From: Synechococcus sp.
Lineage (GTDB): Bacteria > Cyanobacteriota > Cyanobacteriia > PCC-6307 > Cyanobiaceae
Assembly: GCA_047284725.1 (NCBI GenBank)
Contig: JBJBEO010000001.1
Coordinates: 1 to 64,000, forward strand
Reading direction: 5' to 3'
DNA length: 64,000 nt
Numbering within the stretch: the first letter of the stretch is position 1; each line of letters starts with the position of its first letter. Positions 41,694 through 54,436 of this stretch are shown here, piece after piece. The notes under the pieces were generated by a model. It worked only from the letters and a program-made list of their open reading frames with translations. It was not told the origin of the DNA and ran no database searches. The position numbers and the translations under genes were made by a program.

Positions 41694-42805
41694 GGGGTGG
41701 TGTCAGCTTCGGGTGAATAGCGCAGGATTTGGGTGGGAATGACGCTGATGTTGATTTCCACTGCCTGGATGCCGTAGTCATGGATGGCACGACGGCGGAT
41801 GTCCTCTTGGATGTCTTGAAGCCCGAGTTTGCTGATGAGACTGGTGGGAACGTTCAACACCATGTCGATGGTGGCGTTGTTGTTGGCCACGCGCACATTG
41901 CTGTACAGCAAACGAATGCGCCGCAACGTCTGCAGATCCGCTCCCGATGGTCGGCGCTGTTGGATGAGGCCGGCTTTGAAGTGGGCAAACTGGCTGTTGA
42001 TCTGTTGACGCACACTGAAATCGTGCAGTGCTGAGGACAGCGGGATGCAGAGCAGCCCCAGCAGGCCCAGCCACACCAGCAGGTGTCGCCAGGCTTTGCG
42101 AATGGTGCCGTAGCGCTGCACCATGAACACCATGAGGCTGGCCACGGTGATGCCGATCAGGTTGGCGAGGAAGAGAAGAAAGGACCCCTCAGCCACTTGA
42201 TTGGTGAGTCCGGCGATGGTGCCTCGCCCGAACACGGCCACGAGTTCCGGGCCGAGGCTGAGGCCGATGCCACTGACGCAGAGGGGAGGCACCAAGGCCA
42301 CCGCAATGGCGACCCCAGCGATCGAGTTGGACAACTTGTCCCGCGTGATGGTGAAGGCACCGGCGACGGCAGCAGCCACCGCAATCACAAGATCGATCAG
42401 GTTCGGCGCGGTGCGAGCCGTCATCTCACGGTTAACTTCACTGGCACCAAAGACCAGCGCCAACAGCCACGCCGTGCACACCACTGTGGTGATGCCGATG
42501 ATCACAGTGATCGCCGACCGCTTCGCCAAGCGGTTGTCAGCGATGGAGAGCCCGAAGGCAAGACTCAGGATCGGGTCCATCAGTGGAGCCACGATCATGG
42601 CGCCAATCACCACAGCGGTGCTGTTGGAGATCAATCCCAGCGTGGCGATCACCGCCGAGCAGATCAGCAACACGAAAAAGCCAAGCGATGGCTTGGACGA
42701 GGCGATCCGTGCCTTGTAGAGCTCTCTGGGCGGCACCCGGGTCTCCAGGTTCAGTCGCCACTCGCCGGTGATGTTGTCAATGGCACGCCTGAGCAGGGTG
42801 CTCAT
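41690..42805 (-). CDS. DUF389 domain membrane protein
   Basis: IATLGLISNSTAVVIGAMIVAPLMDPI, RTAPNLIDL, GVAIAVALVPPL and LFLANL. Confidence 0.88.
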   Translation of the reverse strand: MSTLLRRAIDNITGEWRLNLETRVPPRELYKARIASSKPSLGFFVLLICSAVIATLGLISNSTAVVIGAMIVAPLMDPILSLAFGLSIADNRLAKRSAITVIIGITTVVCTAWLLALVFGASEVNREMTARTAPNLIDLVIAVAAAVAGAFTITRDKLSNSIAGVAIAVALVPPLCVSGIGLSLGPELVAVFGRGTIAGLTNQVAEGSFLLFLANLIGITVASLMVFMVQRYGTIRKAWRHLLVWLGLLGLLCIPLSSALHDFSVRQQINSQFAHFKAGLIQQRRPSGADLQTLRRIRLLYSNVRVANNNATIDMVLNVPTSLISKLGLQDIQEDIRRRAIHDYGIQAVEINISVIPTQILRYSPEADTTP

Positions 42806-42818
42806 GGGTTGGTTCCAT

Positions 42819-45336
<2,518 letters not shown>

Positions 45337-45433
45337 CGACGCCGCACGATTGAAAATCGCTGTGAGTCTGACTGACGGGTGCCCATCGCGGGCAGACTGC
45401 GCGGGTTGGATCCCCGCACCGATTCACTGCCCC

Positions 45434-46006
45434 ATGCCTCTGGAGCCGTTGCTGCCCCTGTTTCATCGGCTGAACAGGGAGCACTTTGATGGGGCGCTGG
45501 TGAAGGGCGTGCAGCCCTTGTTGGCTGTGCGTTGGAGTGATGGCCGCATGCGCCGGACAGCGGGGATGTACCGCCGTGGGCCGCGGGTGGCGCCTCCTTT
45601 GGGTCGAGAGATCGTGCTCTCCAGGCCGCTGCTGGATCCCTTGCCCCGCTCCGCGACCGAAAGCACGCTCTGCCACGAAATGATCCATGCCTGGGTGGAT
45701 CTGGTGCTCGGAGTGCGGGAAAGTCACGGTCCCCACTTCCGGCAACGCATGGCCTTGATCAACCGGATGCAGGGGCGCTTTGAGGTGAGCGTGCGCCATT
45801 CGTTTCCAGTCCCTGTCACCCCGGCTCGTTGGTTGGCGGTCTGTCCGAATTGCGGTCGTACGGCGCCCTATCGCCGCCGTGTTCGCAATGCTGCCTGCCG
45901 CCCTTGCTGCGACCGGCATCATGGCGGGGTCTGGCATGCCAGTTGTCTGTTGCGCTTCGAGCCGATCACGGCATCTCCCTCCTCTGCTGATGGTGCTGAT
46001 GGCTGA
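45434..46006 (+). CDS. SprT family zinc metalloprotease
   Basis: FHRLNREHF, TLCHEMIHAW (HExxH), HGPHF and a CPNC...CRPCC zinc ribbon. Confidence 0.9.
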   Translation: MPLEPLLPLFHRLNREHFDGALVKGVQPLLAVRWSDGRMRRTAGMYRRGPRVAPPLGREIVLSRPLLDPLPRSATESTLCHEMIHAWVDLVLGVRESHGPHFRQRMALINRMQGRFEVSVRHSFPVPVTPARWLAVCPNCGRTAPYRRRVRNAACRPCCDRHHGGVWHASCLLRFEPITASPSSADGADG

Positions 46007-46103
46007 GATCAATCAGTTTTTGCTGGTGCTGCAGGTGTGTGGTGTGTCGATCGCCTTGATTGGTTGCCGGCGGGAGCGTTGGTTGGCCCGTCGCCGTCGG
46101 TAA
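45999..46103 (+). CDS. 34-aa single-TM small protein
   Basis: MAEINQFLLVLQVCGVSIALIGCRRERWLARRRR*: a hydrophobic helix then a basic tail; exactly fills the gap between two genes. Confidence 0.55.
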   Translation: MAEINQFLLVLQVCGVSIALIGCRRERWLARRRR

Positions 46104-46112
46104 CGTCAGGGA

Positions 46113-46745
46113 ATGGATCCTCAACGCCAGTTCCAGTCGCGCCGTCCGCGGTCGCAAAGTGATGATCCGCTCGATCGTCGGTTGGATCAGTGGTTGGAAA
46201 CCGGTCGACAACTGGTGGACGGCGTGTCTGGAGCTCGCCCCGGTCGTCGCAGTGGTGCCGGGGCCCGATCCGGCCGCTCGGCGTCGGCAAGTCTTGATGC
46301 CGTGGGTCGTTGGATGGGCGACAAGATCGACTGGTTGCTCGACGAAGAGGACGACTGGCGTGATCCCTGGGATGTGGAAGCGACTGTGCCATCCGCTCGT
46401 TCTCGTGGCGTGTCTCAAGCAGAGCCCGCGTCTCCGCCGCTGGCTGCCTCAGCACGACCTGTGCAGACTTCAGCGAGGGGCAAGCGTCCTCTGCAGGCCA
46501 TCTCCCGGCGTCAGCCTCCGCTGATGGCTGCGGCTCCCCAATCCGCCGCCTCTCCACAGGTGGTGGAGGGTGGTGATGAAGGATGGCCAGATGACGACAG
46601 CTTTCGGGTGAATCGTTGGTCGCGAGCCTCCGGTCGACTGTCTGAAACCGCTTCCGCAGACGATGCGCCGTCACAGACAGGTGCAGGGTCAAGGCCCAGC
46701 GTCAATCGCCGACCCTTGCCCCGCTCCAGCCGCCGACGCGCCTGA
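46113..46745 (+). CDS. Conserved hypothetical, largely disordered protein
   Basis: RLDQWLETGRQLVDGVSGARPG, VGRWMGDKIDWLLDEEDDW and RPLPRSSRRR. Confidence 0.8.
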   Translation: MDPQRQFQSRRPRSQSDDPLDRRLDQWLETGRQLVDGVSGARPGRRSGAGARSGRSASASLDAVGRWMGDKIDWLLDEEDDWRDPWDVEATVPSARSRGVSQAEPASPPLAASARPVQTSARGKRPLQAISRRQPPLMAAAPQSAASPQVVEGGDEGWPDDDSFRVNRWSRASGRLSETASADDAPSQTGAGSRPSVNRRPLPRSSRRRA

Positions 46746-46750
46746 AGCCT

Positions 46751-47176
46751 TCAGGCGCTGGCTTTGGTGGAGGCTTGAAAAAGGCAGCCTCGACGGCTGA
46801 GCTGGTGGTTGACGTCGTCCACCAGTTCGGCTGGCAGGTCTTCCGCCATCTGTTCCGGGGTGGTGGTGATCGCGCTGGAACCTTCGCTCAGGGCCTCCAG
46901 CAGGGCTGCCCATTGCTTCACGTGTTCCGCGCGCGTCAGCCGTTGATAGCCCTGACGCTTGAGCAGGGAGGTGCACACAGTGCTGTTCCACAGCGGTGAG
47001 CGGTTTTGCAGGCTTGGGCCGCTTGCGGCCGCTGCCCCGGCGTCAACCGCTGCCGGAGTCGGTCGTCCATGCCGATCGCGCCAGCCCAGTCGATCGAGGG
47101 CGCGTCCGCAGTGTGTGGAGGAGATGCCGAAGAGCTGACCTAGCTCGGTGAGGCTCAGCCAGGTGGGCGTGGCCAT
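46751..47176 (-). CDS. Hypothetical protein with an HTH-like N-terminus
   Basis: WLSLTELGQLFGISSTHCGRALDRLGWR; 141 aa. Confidence 0.78.
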   Translation of the reverse strand: MATPTWLSLTELGQLFGISSTHCGRALDRLGWRDRHGRPTPAAVDAGAAAASGPSLQNRSPLWNSTVCTSLLKRQGYQRLTRAEHVKQWAALLEALSEGSSAITTTPEQMAEDLPAELVDDVNHQLSRRGCLFQASTKASA

Positions 47177-47267
47177 GGTTGATCACCGCAAGATGAGCAA
47201 ATCATCCTCCAAGCACGAAAAGGTGCAAGTTGTCAAGAAACAAAGCGGTCTAAATCGCCGAATGCCT

Positions 47268-47879
47268 TCATGAACTGAGATGAAGGATCTGGCGCGAGGC
47301 CGGCCCTAGCCATTCCTCCAGTTGTGGGCTGAACACCTCGCGGATCACGGTGAGTTCTCGCCCTTCACGAAAGAAGCGGTAGTGCCGACTCCAGAACGGC
47401 CCTGTTGTTCCAAACCCTTCTTCCAGCCACGTGCTCTGGACCAGGGCGAGACCGTCGACCTCCCGAAACAGTTCAGATCGTCCTTGGGTGAGACTGAGCC
47501 AGATCGGCAAACTGCGGTCTCGCAGTTGCTGCTCAGCTGAGGCCTGGTTCCACCAGCTTTCCGCCCAGGCCAGGGTCTGTCCGTCGCACTCGAGCCACAC
47601 CTGGCGGCGCAGCAAAGGGGGCTCCAGCTCACGAACCTCCCTTGGCAGTTGGGATGGGTTGGTGCCGGGTGCTTCCGGTTCAGGTTCCATGGCCACGACG
47701 CGCACGGCCACTGGATGGCCCGTGAGCAGGCGGAGGTGGCGCGTTGGACTGCCGTCACCCAGCAGCATCAATTGCCAGGGGCCTGGTAAAGGGCTGGGTC
47801 CTTCACCGCGTAAAACGGCCTCCGTGGCTGCTTCCCAAAGCGGAGTGGGAGAGGGCAGCAGTGTTCCGGGAGGATTCAG
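47268..47879 (-). CDS. Chorismate pyruvate-lyase family protein (DUF98/UbiC-like), probable CTG start
   Basis: LLGDGSPTRHL, LRRQVWL, AESWW and RHYRF...IREVFSP. The frame stays open for 36 codons upstream of the track's TTG, to a CTG overlapping the upstream TGA. Confidence 0.82.
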   Translation of the reverse strand: MNPPGTLLPSPTPLWEAATEAVLRGEGPSPLPGPWQLMLLGDGSPTRHLRLLTGHPVAVRVVAMEPEPEAPGTNPSQLPREVRELEPPLLRRQVWLECDGQTLAWAESWWNQASAEQQLRDRSLPIWLSLTQGRSELFREVDGLALVQSTWLEEGFGTTGPFWSRHYRFFREGRELTVIREVFSPQLEEWLGPASRQILHLSS

Positions 47880-48610
47880 AAGGCGCCTCCGACACTGAGG
47901 CTGCGCTCTTCGCCGTTGTGTTCGATCACCGCTCCATTGGATTCAACGGTTTTGAGCCGCCAGCCGCTGTTGCCGATCGCTTCACCCGGGATGGCTGAAA
48001 GCGAGAGCTGATCGAGCTGGAAGATGGCGGAGCCCTGACCGCCACCGGCGTGCACCACGCCGACGAGCAGCGGCTCGGCAGGAACCATCGCGGCCGCGAT
48101 GGCGTCGTCGCTGAGGGCGTCCGCTGCGGTCGGAACAGGAAGGCTGGCTGCCAGTGGAATGGTTAACGGTTCAAGGCTGGCTGTGCGGGGGGGAGCTTCC
48201 TGGGGAGAGGCTTCGACTGCAGCGGGGGTGGCCGCTTCGGGTGCGACTGCTGTTGCGGCTGTTGTGGCTGTGGCGACTTCACCGGCCACGGGCATGCCCC
48301 GCAGGCGCTCGATCATCTGCAGATCACGTTCACGATTGAGACTCTGCAAGGTGCGCTGCCAGTTCTGCGCCAGCCAAAGACTGGTGCCGATGCCCAGCAC
48401 GGCAAGCATGGCGGTGCCAATGAAAAGTCCCTGGCGACGGGTCGCTCCCGGATGGATTGGATCAGTCTTGGGGCGTGGCGTTGATGTCTGAGGAAGAACG
48501 GCCACCTTCACCGCTTTGAGGGCCGCGTCTGAGGGATGGAAGACCTGATCCATCACCTGTTCGGCGCGCAGATTCCAGAAGGCTCTGGATCGAGTCAGGC
48601 GGGTGGGCAT
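47876..48610 (-). CDS. Hypothetical single-TM protein with a C-terminal beta domain (GspC/PilP-like)
   Basis: FWNLRAEQVMD, one TM, an Ala/Pro linker and LVGVV...SAIF...GEAIGNSGWRL. Start at MPTRL. Confidence 0.7.
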   Translation of the reverse strand: MPTRLTRSRAFWNLRAEQVMDQVFHPSDAALKAVKVAVLPQTSTPRPKTDPIHPGATRRQGLFIGTAMLAVLGIGTSLWLAQNWQRTLQSLNRERDLQMIERLRGMPVAGEVATATTAATAVAPEAATPAAVEASPQEAPPRTASLEPLTIPLAASLPVPTAADALSDDAIAAAMVPAEPLLVGVVHAGGGQGSAIFQLDQLSLSAIPGEAIGNSGWRLKTVESNGAVIEHNGEERSLSVGGAF

Positions 48611-48636
48611 GCAGGAAACCAGCCACGGACCCAACC

Positions 48637-50616
48637 TTATCGAGCTTGGGTGGAGGAAGCGAGGTGTGACTGCGAATCGCTGCTGCGTCGTTGTTGCAGC
48701 TCCAGCCACACCAGCAGTGCGGTGAGATCGGCCTGGCTGACGCCAGGAATCTGACTGGCTTGGCCCAGCGTGAATGGGCGTACGGCTGAGAGTTTCTCGC
48801 GGGCCTCCCGGGAGAGGGTGCCGATGCTGGCGTAGTCAATCGCTGCAGGTAATTTGCGCTGCCCTTGGCGTTTCACCTGATCGATCTGCTGCTGCTGACG
48901 CTGGAGATAGCCGCTGTACTTGATGTCGATTTCGGCGCCTTCCCGCACCGGCAGGGGAAGGTCGGCGTCCGCCAGACCATGGCGCACCAGATCGGCGGCA
49001 TGCATGCCGGGGCGCCGCAGCAGATCTGCAAGGGTGATCGATCCCTTGATCGGTGCGCCGGTCTCAGTTTCCACTTCTGGTGCAACAGGATCGCTCACCT
49101 TCAGTCGTTGGGTCTCCAACCGTTGTTTCTCGGTTTCCATGGCGCGTAGCTTCGCTTGGAACAGTTGCCAGCGACGGTCATCGATCATGCCCAGCTCCCG
49201 TCCCAGGGGGGTGAGGCGACGGTCGGCGTTATCGCCTCGCAGCACCAGCCTGTATTCGCTGCGGCTGGTGAGCACCCGGTAGGGCTCGCGCAGATCCTTG
49301 CTCACCAGATCGTCGATCATCGTGCCGATGTAGCTGCCCTGGCGCGGGAAGTGCACCGCCTCTTGGCCCTTGACCCTGCGGGCGGCATTCAGTCCCGCCA
49401 CCAGCCCCTGGGCTGCGGCTTCCTCATAGCCGGTGGTGCCGTTGAGTTGTCCAGCACTGAACAGCCCTTCCACCCGTTTGGTTTCCAGCGAAGGCAGCAA
49501 TTGCGTGGCGGGCAGGTAGTCGTAATCGACCGAATACGCGGGGCGCAGCATCACGCAGTGCTCAAGGCCGGGCAGGCTGCGCAGCAGTTGCAGCTGGATC
49601 GGTTCCGGCAGGCCCGTTGAAAAGCCCTGCACATAGATCTCAGGGGTGTCCCGTCCTTCCGGTTCGAGAAAGATCTGATGACTCTCCTTGTCAGCGAACC
49701 GCACGATCTTGTCTTCGATCGAGGGGCAGTAGCGCGGTCCTTTGCTGTCGATCACGCCGCCGTAGATGGCGGTGAGATGCAGGTTGTCCCGGATCAGCTG
49801 ATGGGTGACCTGTGTTGTTCGGGTGAGATGGCAGCTCATCTGCTCGCCACTGGTCCAGGCAGCTGGATCAAAGGAGAAGAAGCGATCCGCGGCGTCGCTG
49901 GGTTGTTCCTCCAGTTGATCAAGGGCAATACTGCGCCGATCGACGCGGGCCGGGGTGCCCGTTTTGAGTCGGTCGGTGTGGAAGCCGAGCTGCTGCAGCG
50001 CTTCGGTGAGGCCCTCGGCGGCCTGCTCACCGGCGCGGCCGGCCGCCATGGATTGGTGCCCCACCCAGATCCGTCCTCCGAGAAAGGTGCCGGCGGTGAG
50101 GATCACCGCTGTGGCCCCGTAGACGCTGCCGAAATAGGTGCGCACACCGGTGATACGGGCGGCTGGCCCCAGACTGGGAATCCAGCGTTCACCCCCTCCT
50201 GTGGGATCGCCTTCGATCTCCAGGCCTGTCACCATCGCCTCGCGCAGGGCCAGGTTCGGGGTGTGTTGCAGCAGCTGCAACATCTGACGGGAGTACTGGC
50301 GCTTGTCCGTCTGAGCACGCAGCGCCCAGACGGCGGGACCGCGGCTGGCGTTGAGGATGCGTTTCTGGATTGCCGTCGCATCCGCCAGGCGTCCGATCAC
50401 CCCCCCGAGGGCATCCACTTCATGCACGAGCTGGCTCTTGGCGGGCCCGCCGACGGCCGGATTGCATGGTTGCCAGGCGATCCGATCGAGGTTGAGCGTG
50501 AACAGGGCCGTGTTCAGTCCCAGACGAGCAGAGGTGATCGCGGCTTCGCAGCCTGCGTGCCCACCTCCGACGACGATCACGTCGAAGCTTTCGGTAGGAA
50601 CGGGACTGCCTGTCAT
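48637..50616 (-). CDS. mnmG: tRNA uridine-5-carboxymethylaminomethyl(34) synthesis enzyme
   Basis: [41 protein letters not shown] and [16 protein letters not shown]. Confidence 0.98.
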   Translation of the reverse strand: MTGSPVPTESFDVIVVGGGHAGCEAAITSARLGLNTALFTLNLDRIAWQPCNPAVGGPAKSQLVHEVDALGGVIGRLADATAIQKRILNASRGPAVWALRAQTDKRQYSRQMLQLLQHTPNLALREAMVTGLEIEGDPTGGGERWIPSLGPAARITGVRTYFGSVYGATAVILTAGTFLGGRIWVGHQSMAAGRAGEQAAEGLTEALQQLGFHTDRLKTGTPARVDRRSIALDQLEEQPSDAADRFFSFDPAAWTSGEQMSCHLTRTTQVTHQLIRDNLHLTAIYGGVIDSKGPRYCPSIEDKIVRFADKESHQIFLEPEGRDTPEIYVQGFSTGLPEPIQLQLLRSLPGLEHCVMLRPAYSVDYDYLPATQLLPSLETKRVEGLFSAGQLNGTTGYEEAAAQGLVAGLNAARRVKGQEAVHFPRQGSYIGTMIDDLVSKDLREPYRVLTSRSEYRLVLRGDNADRRLTPLGRELGMIDDRRWQLFQAKLRAMETEKQRLETQRLKVSDPVAPEVETETGAPIKGSITLADLLRRPGMHAADLVRHGLADADLPLPVREGAEIDIKYSGYLQRQQQQIDQVKRQGQRKLPAAIDYASIGTLSREAREKLSAVRPFTLGQASQIPGVSQADLTALLVWLELQQRRSSDSQSHLASSTQAR

Positions 50617-50637
50617 TGCTCCAGTATCGGAAATGGC

Positions 50638-52056
50638 TCAGGCTGCGAGGTTGCGGAAACGGGTGAACTGAGGCTCGAACAGCAGTTTCACGGTGCCCAC
50701 CGGGCCGTTGCGGTGCTTGGTCACGATCACCTCCGTGATGCCCCGGTCTGGGGTTTCTGGGTTGTAGTACTCGTCGCGGTAGATCATCAGCACCAGGTCC
50801 GCGTCCTGTTCGATCGAGCCGGATTCCCTCAGGTCACTGAGCATCGGACGTTTGTTCGTGCGCGACTCCACGCCACGGCTGAGCTGGGAAAGGGCGATCA
50901 CCGGCACGTTCAGCTCCCTGGCCATCTGTTTCAGCGCCCGGGTGATCCGGGAAATTTCCTGCACGCGATTGTCAGGACTCGAGCCCTCCATCAACTGCAG
51001 GTAGTCGATCACCACCAGGCCAAGTTCCTTGCCCTGTTCGGCCATCAGACGCCTGCAGAGGGAGCGCATCTCCAACACACCGGAGTTGGGTTTGTCGTCG
51101 ATGAAGATCGGCAGCTGTCCCAGGGTGTTGATCCCCTGGCCCAACAGTGGCCATTCCTCCTGCTGCAGCCTCCCGGTGCGCAGCCGGCCGGCTTCGATGC
51201 CGACTTCCATCGAGAGCAATCTGTAGGTGAGCTGCTCCTTGCTCATCTCCAGGGAGAACACGCACACCGGCAGGTCGTGGAGTTGGGCCACGTTCTTCGC
51301 CAGGTTGAGCACGATCGAGGTTTTGCCCATGGCGGGTCGCCCCGCAACGATGATCAGGTCGCTGCGTTGAAGGCCCTGGGTCATCGCATCCAGGTCGTAG
51401 AAGTTCACCGGGATTCCTGCCACCGAAGTGCCGAGCGAGCGGCTTTCGATCTCGTTGAAGGTGGTGGTGAGGATTTCGGCGGTGGGGGTGAGGCCTTTGG
51501 TTGGCTTTTCCTGGCTGATCGCGAAGATCGTCTGTTCGGCTTTGTCGAGCACCTGATCCATGGGCATGCTCTGGTCAAATCCCAGTTGGATCACTTCATT
51601 CCCTGAGCGGATCAGTTGCCGGCGCAGGAACTTGTCCATCACCAGGCGAGCCACCTGTTCGATCGAGGCCGTGGAGGCCACCCTTTCCACCAGTTCCACC
51701 AGGCGGGGGCTGCCGCCCACTTTTTCCAATGAGCCGGTGTCCGCCAGCCAGGCGGTCATCGCTGTCAGATCGGTTGGTTTGCCTTGGCTGTGGAGCATCA
51801 CCGCGGTGCGGAAGATCTCCCGATGGGCATTGAGATAGAAGGCTTCCGGTTGCAGCACGTCGGCCACACGGCCGATTGCATCCGGGTCGAGCAGGATGCC
51901 ACCCAGCACCGCTTCCTCGGCTTCGAGGTTTTGGGGTGGGATGGAATCGGGCAAGGCCTCGAAATTGGGCTCATCCCGTTGACGCCCTTTGCCGTAGCCC
52001 CGCCTGCCTCCCTCTGCGAATTCGCCGCTGGGCTCTGGGAAGGGGGCGGTCACCAT
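50638..52056 (-). CDS. dnaB: Replicative DNA helicase
   Basis: PPQNLEAEEAVLG, AGRPAMGKT, IDYLQL and LSDLRESGSIEQDAD; no intein. Confidence 0.98.
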   Translation of the reverse strand: MVTAPFPEPSGEFAEGGRRGYGKGRQRDEPNFEALPDSIPPQNLEAEEAVLGGILLDPDAIGRVADVLQPEAFYLNAHREIFRTAVMLHSQGKPTDLTAMTAWLADTGSLEKVGGSPRLVELVERVASTASIEQVARLVMDKFLRRQLIRSGNEVIQLGFDQSMPMDQVLDKAEQTIFAISQEKPTKGLTPTAEILTTTFNEIESRSLGTSVAGIPVNFYDLDAMTQGLQRSDLIIVAGRPAMGKTSIVLNLAKNVAQLHDLPVCVFSLEMSKEQLTYRLLSMEVGIEAGRLRTGRLQQEEWPLLGQGINTLGQLPIFIDDKPNSGVLEMRSLCRRLMAEQGKELGLVVIDYLQLMEGSSPDNRVQEISRITRALKQMARELNVPVIALSQLSRGVESRTNKRPMLSDLRESGSIEQDADLVLMIYRDEYYNPETPDRGITEVIVTKHRNGPVGTVKLLFEPQFTRFRNLAA

Positions 52057-52063
52057 GGTGGTT

Positions 52064-52131
52064 GGCCGTTCAAAAGCGAAAACCCACTCTGGCGCACGCA
52101 GGAGTGCGCAACAGGGTGGGTTTTGACGGCC
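52064..52131 (-). terminator. Long hairpin (terminator/attenuator) between rplI and dnaB
   Basis: In the mRNA sense, AAAACCCACCCUG-UU-GCGCAC-loop-GUGCGC-CAGAGUGGGUUUU followed by CGCUUUU, with an outer pair GGCCGU/ACGGCC. Confidence 0.7.
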
Positions 52132-52166
52132 CCATCAATTCAGGGCTTGGCTGAGTGTCAGAAGCT

Positions 52167-52625
52167 TCAGTAGCTGACGACTTCCAGGTTGATCTCGGCG
52201 GTGACTTCGCTGTGCAGCTTGACGCTCACCTTGTAGCTGCCGGTGCGGTGGATGTCGGGCACGGTGATGTCACGGCGATCCACTTCTTTCTTGGTGGCGG
52301 CCTCGATGGCCTCAGCCACATCACCATTGGTGACCGTGCCGAACAGCACGTCGTCATCACCGGTTTGCTTCTTCACGGTGAATCGACCAATCGTGTCGAG
52401 GGCGGTGCGGAACGCCACAGCCTCTTCCTTCAGGGCCGCCTGGCGCTCGGCTTCCTTGGCGCGCCGGTGCTCCACCTGCTTCATCACTGCTGGGGTGACT
52501 GGAACAGCCTTGCCAAAGGGAAGCAGGAAGTTGCGGGCGTAGCCAGGGGCTACTTCCACCATGTCGCCATCCCGGCCGAGGCTGAGAAAGTCTTCGTTCA
52601 GAACGACTTGTACGCGCTTGGCCAT
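52167..52625 (-). CDS. rplI: 50S ribosomal protein L9
   Basis: [21 protein letters not shown] and LFGTVT. Confidence 0.98.
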   Translation of the reverse strand: MAKRVQVVLNEDFLSLGRDGDMVEVAPGYARNFLLPFGKAVPVTPAVMKQVEHRRAKEAERQAALKEEAVAFRTALDTIGRFTVKKQTGDDDVLFGTVTNGDVAEAIEAATKKEVDRRDITVPDIHRTGSYKVSVKLHSEVTAEINLEVVSY

Positions 52626-52666
52626 GGGGAACGGTCCTGTCGACTTCTATTGAGCGATCGGTAACT

Positions 52667-53599
52667 TTACGACGCGACCGGCAGTCGGATCTTGCTGGCG
52701 AGGCCCAGGGTTCGCATCAGACGGATGTGCTGCCAGGTGAGGTCGATCTGGCCGGGCTGGAGGCCCTGGCGAGCGGAGTGGGGGAAGGCATGGTGATTGT
52801 TGTGCCATCCCTCTCCGAACGTCAGAGCGGCAACCCATTTGTTGTTGCGGGAACCGTCTCCACTCTCGTAGGCCACGGAGCCCCAGCAGTGGGTGGCGGA
52901 GTTCACAAGCCAGGTCACGTGATACACGAGCACGAGGCGAAGGGGGATGCCCCAGAGCACCATGGCCCAACCGCCGACGCCCGTGCTGCTGCCAATCCAA
53001 AAGAGGAGAAGGCCAAGGGGCAGCTGCAGCAGGAGGAAATAGTTGTTGAGCCAGCGGTAGTAGGGATCACCGGCGAGATCACCGCTCAGGCGAGGCACCG
53101 CTTGCATGGCTGGAATCGGCTGAAACATCCAGCCCATGTGGCTCCACCAGAAGCCGCGATGGCTGTTGTGGTGATCCGCATCCGTATCAGAAAACTTGTG
53201 GTGGTGGCGATGCAGGCCTACCCAGTCGATCGGGCCGTGTTGGCAGCTCAGGGCCCCGCAGGTGGCGAAGAACCGTTCCAGCCAGGTGGGGACCTGGAAA
53301 GAGCGATGCGAGAGCAGGCGGTGATAGCCGATGGTGACCCCCAGGCAGGCGGTGACCCAATAGAGGATCAGCAGGGCGCCGATGGCTTGGGGGCACCAGA
53401 ACCGGGGCATCAGTGCCACGATCGAGAGGGCATGGATCGTGATCATGAATCCGATCGTGCCCCATCGCATGCCTTGATCGGGTTGCACGCTGCTGTGCCC
53501 TTTTTTGGGCTGGTGTAGCAATGCTGACAGCTTTAAAGCCTCATGCGAAGCTGCAGGCCGACTTGGAGAAGACGGCGCCGTGACCACACTCGATAGCAT
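52667..53599 (-). CDS. desC: Delta-9 acyl-lipid desaturase
   Basis: His boxes GYHRLLSH, HRHHH and GEGWHNNHH. Start placed at ATG 53599 (uncertain). Confidence 0.9.
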   Translation of the reverse strand: MLSSVVTAPSSPSRPAASHEALKLSALLHQPKKGHSSVQPDQGMRWGTIGFMITIHALSIVALMPRFWCPQAIGALLILYWVTACLGVTIGYHRLLSHRSFQVPTWLERFFATCGALSCQHGPIDWVGLHRHHHKFSDTDADHHNSHRGFWWSHMGWMFQPIPAMQAVPRLSGDLAGDPYYRWLNNYFLLLQLPLGLLLFWIGSSTGVGGWAMVLWGIPLRLVLVYHVTWLVNSATHCWGSVAYESGDGSRNNKWVAALTFGEGWHNNHHAFPHSARQGLQPGQIDLTWQHIRLMRTLGLASKIRLPVAS

Positions 53600-53650
53600 C
53601 TCTGATCCGATCACTACCTCTAAACTATAGGCGATAAGGATCCGTATCAA

Positions 53651-54424
53651 GTGGCTGATTCTGGTCTTGGCTCTGATTGCGTGACCAAGGGGTATCGAGA
53701 ATGTCTTGCGGAAGGGCGTCGGGCCATGGCCCATCTCGTGCACGTCTGGCACGAGCGCAACGGTTGGTCCCACAAGGTCTTGCCTGCCCTGGCTGAAGCC
53801 TTCGACCTCGGTCGCGTGCACAACTCGCAGATCTCCAACCTGCGCAACGGCAAGCTGGCTGCCCCCGGCCCTGAGGTGTTTCTTGCGCTAGGTCAAGCCA
53901 ATGTTGTGTTGATGGCAGGGCTTGATCCCATTCGCGCTCGTCTGGAGGAGGTGCATCCGGAGCTGTTGCAGGTGCTTGCTGAAGGTCATGCCCCTCTGGT
54001 CGATGGAGCTGGGCATCCGTTGGGGGCTGGCGCGTTGTTTGAGATTTTTGTCGGTCTCGCCCCCCTCCCTCCGGGGTTCGATTGGCGCATTGACGCAGAC
54101 GAAGCGCCCCTACTCAGTGGAGCTCTGGCGGAACAGCTTTGCGCTGGGCGCAGTTGGCGCTTCTGCCGTGATCAGGTGATGGCGGCGTATCCGGTGAGTA
54201 AAAGCCAGCGCCGGGAACGGTTTGCGGCGGTCATGGCTGGCATGCGCGATTACACCGCTGAAGAGCTTGATGGTGAGTTGCTCGATTTGTTCGCGACCCA
54301 CCAGGCGCTTGGCGGTTCAGCGCGTTTGGGAGCGCAGGGCTTTTTGGAGCAGCTTCGTGCCCATGCAACAACCCTGGAAACTGCCGAGTCATCGGACGCT
54401 TCCAGGGTTGCGATGACGTCTTGA
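53651..54424 (+). CDS. Hypothetical protein with an XRE-like HTH N-terminus
   Basis: WHERNGWSHKVLPALAEAFDLGRVHNSQISNLRNGKLAAP resembles a Cro/XRE helix-turn-helix; lies between two desC genes. Confidence 0.7.
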   Translation: MADSGLGSDCVTKGYRECLAEGRRAMAHLVHVWHERNGWSHKVLPALAEAFDLGRVHNSQISNLRNGKLAAPGPEVFLALGQANVVLMAGLDPIRARLEEVHPELLQVLAEGHAPLVDGAGHPLGAGALFEIFVGLAPLPPGFDWRIDADEAPLLSGALAEQLCAGRSWRFCRDQVMAAYPVSKSQRRERFAAVMAGMRDYTAEELDGELLDLFATHQALGGSARLGAQGFLEQLRAHATTLETAESSDASRVAMTS

Positions 54425-54436
54425 AGCGGACGAAGG

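Noticed and set aside
50638..52056. Intein in dnaB
   Set aside because: Normal 472-aa length with contiguous helicase motifs.
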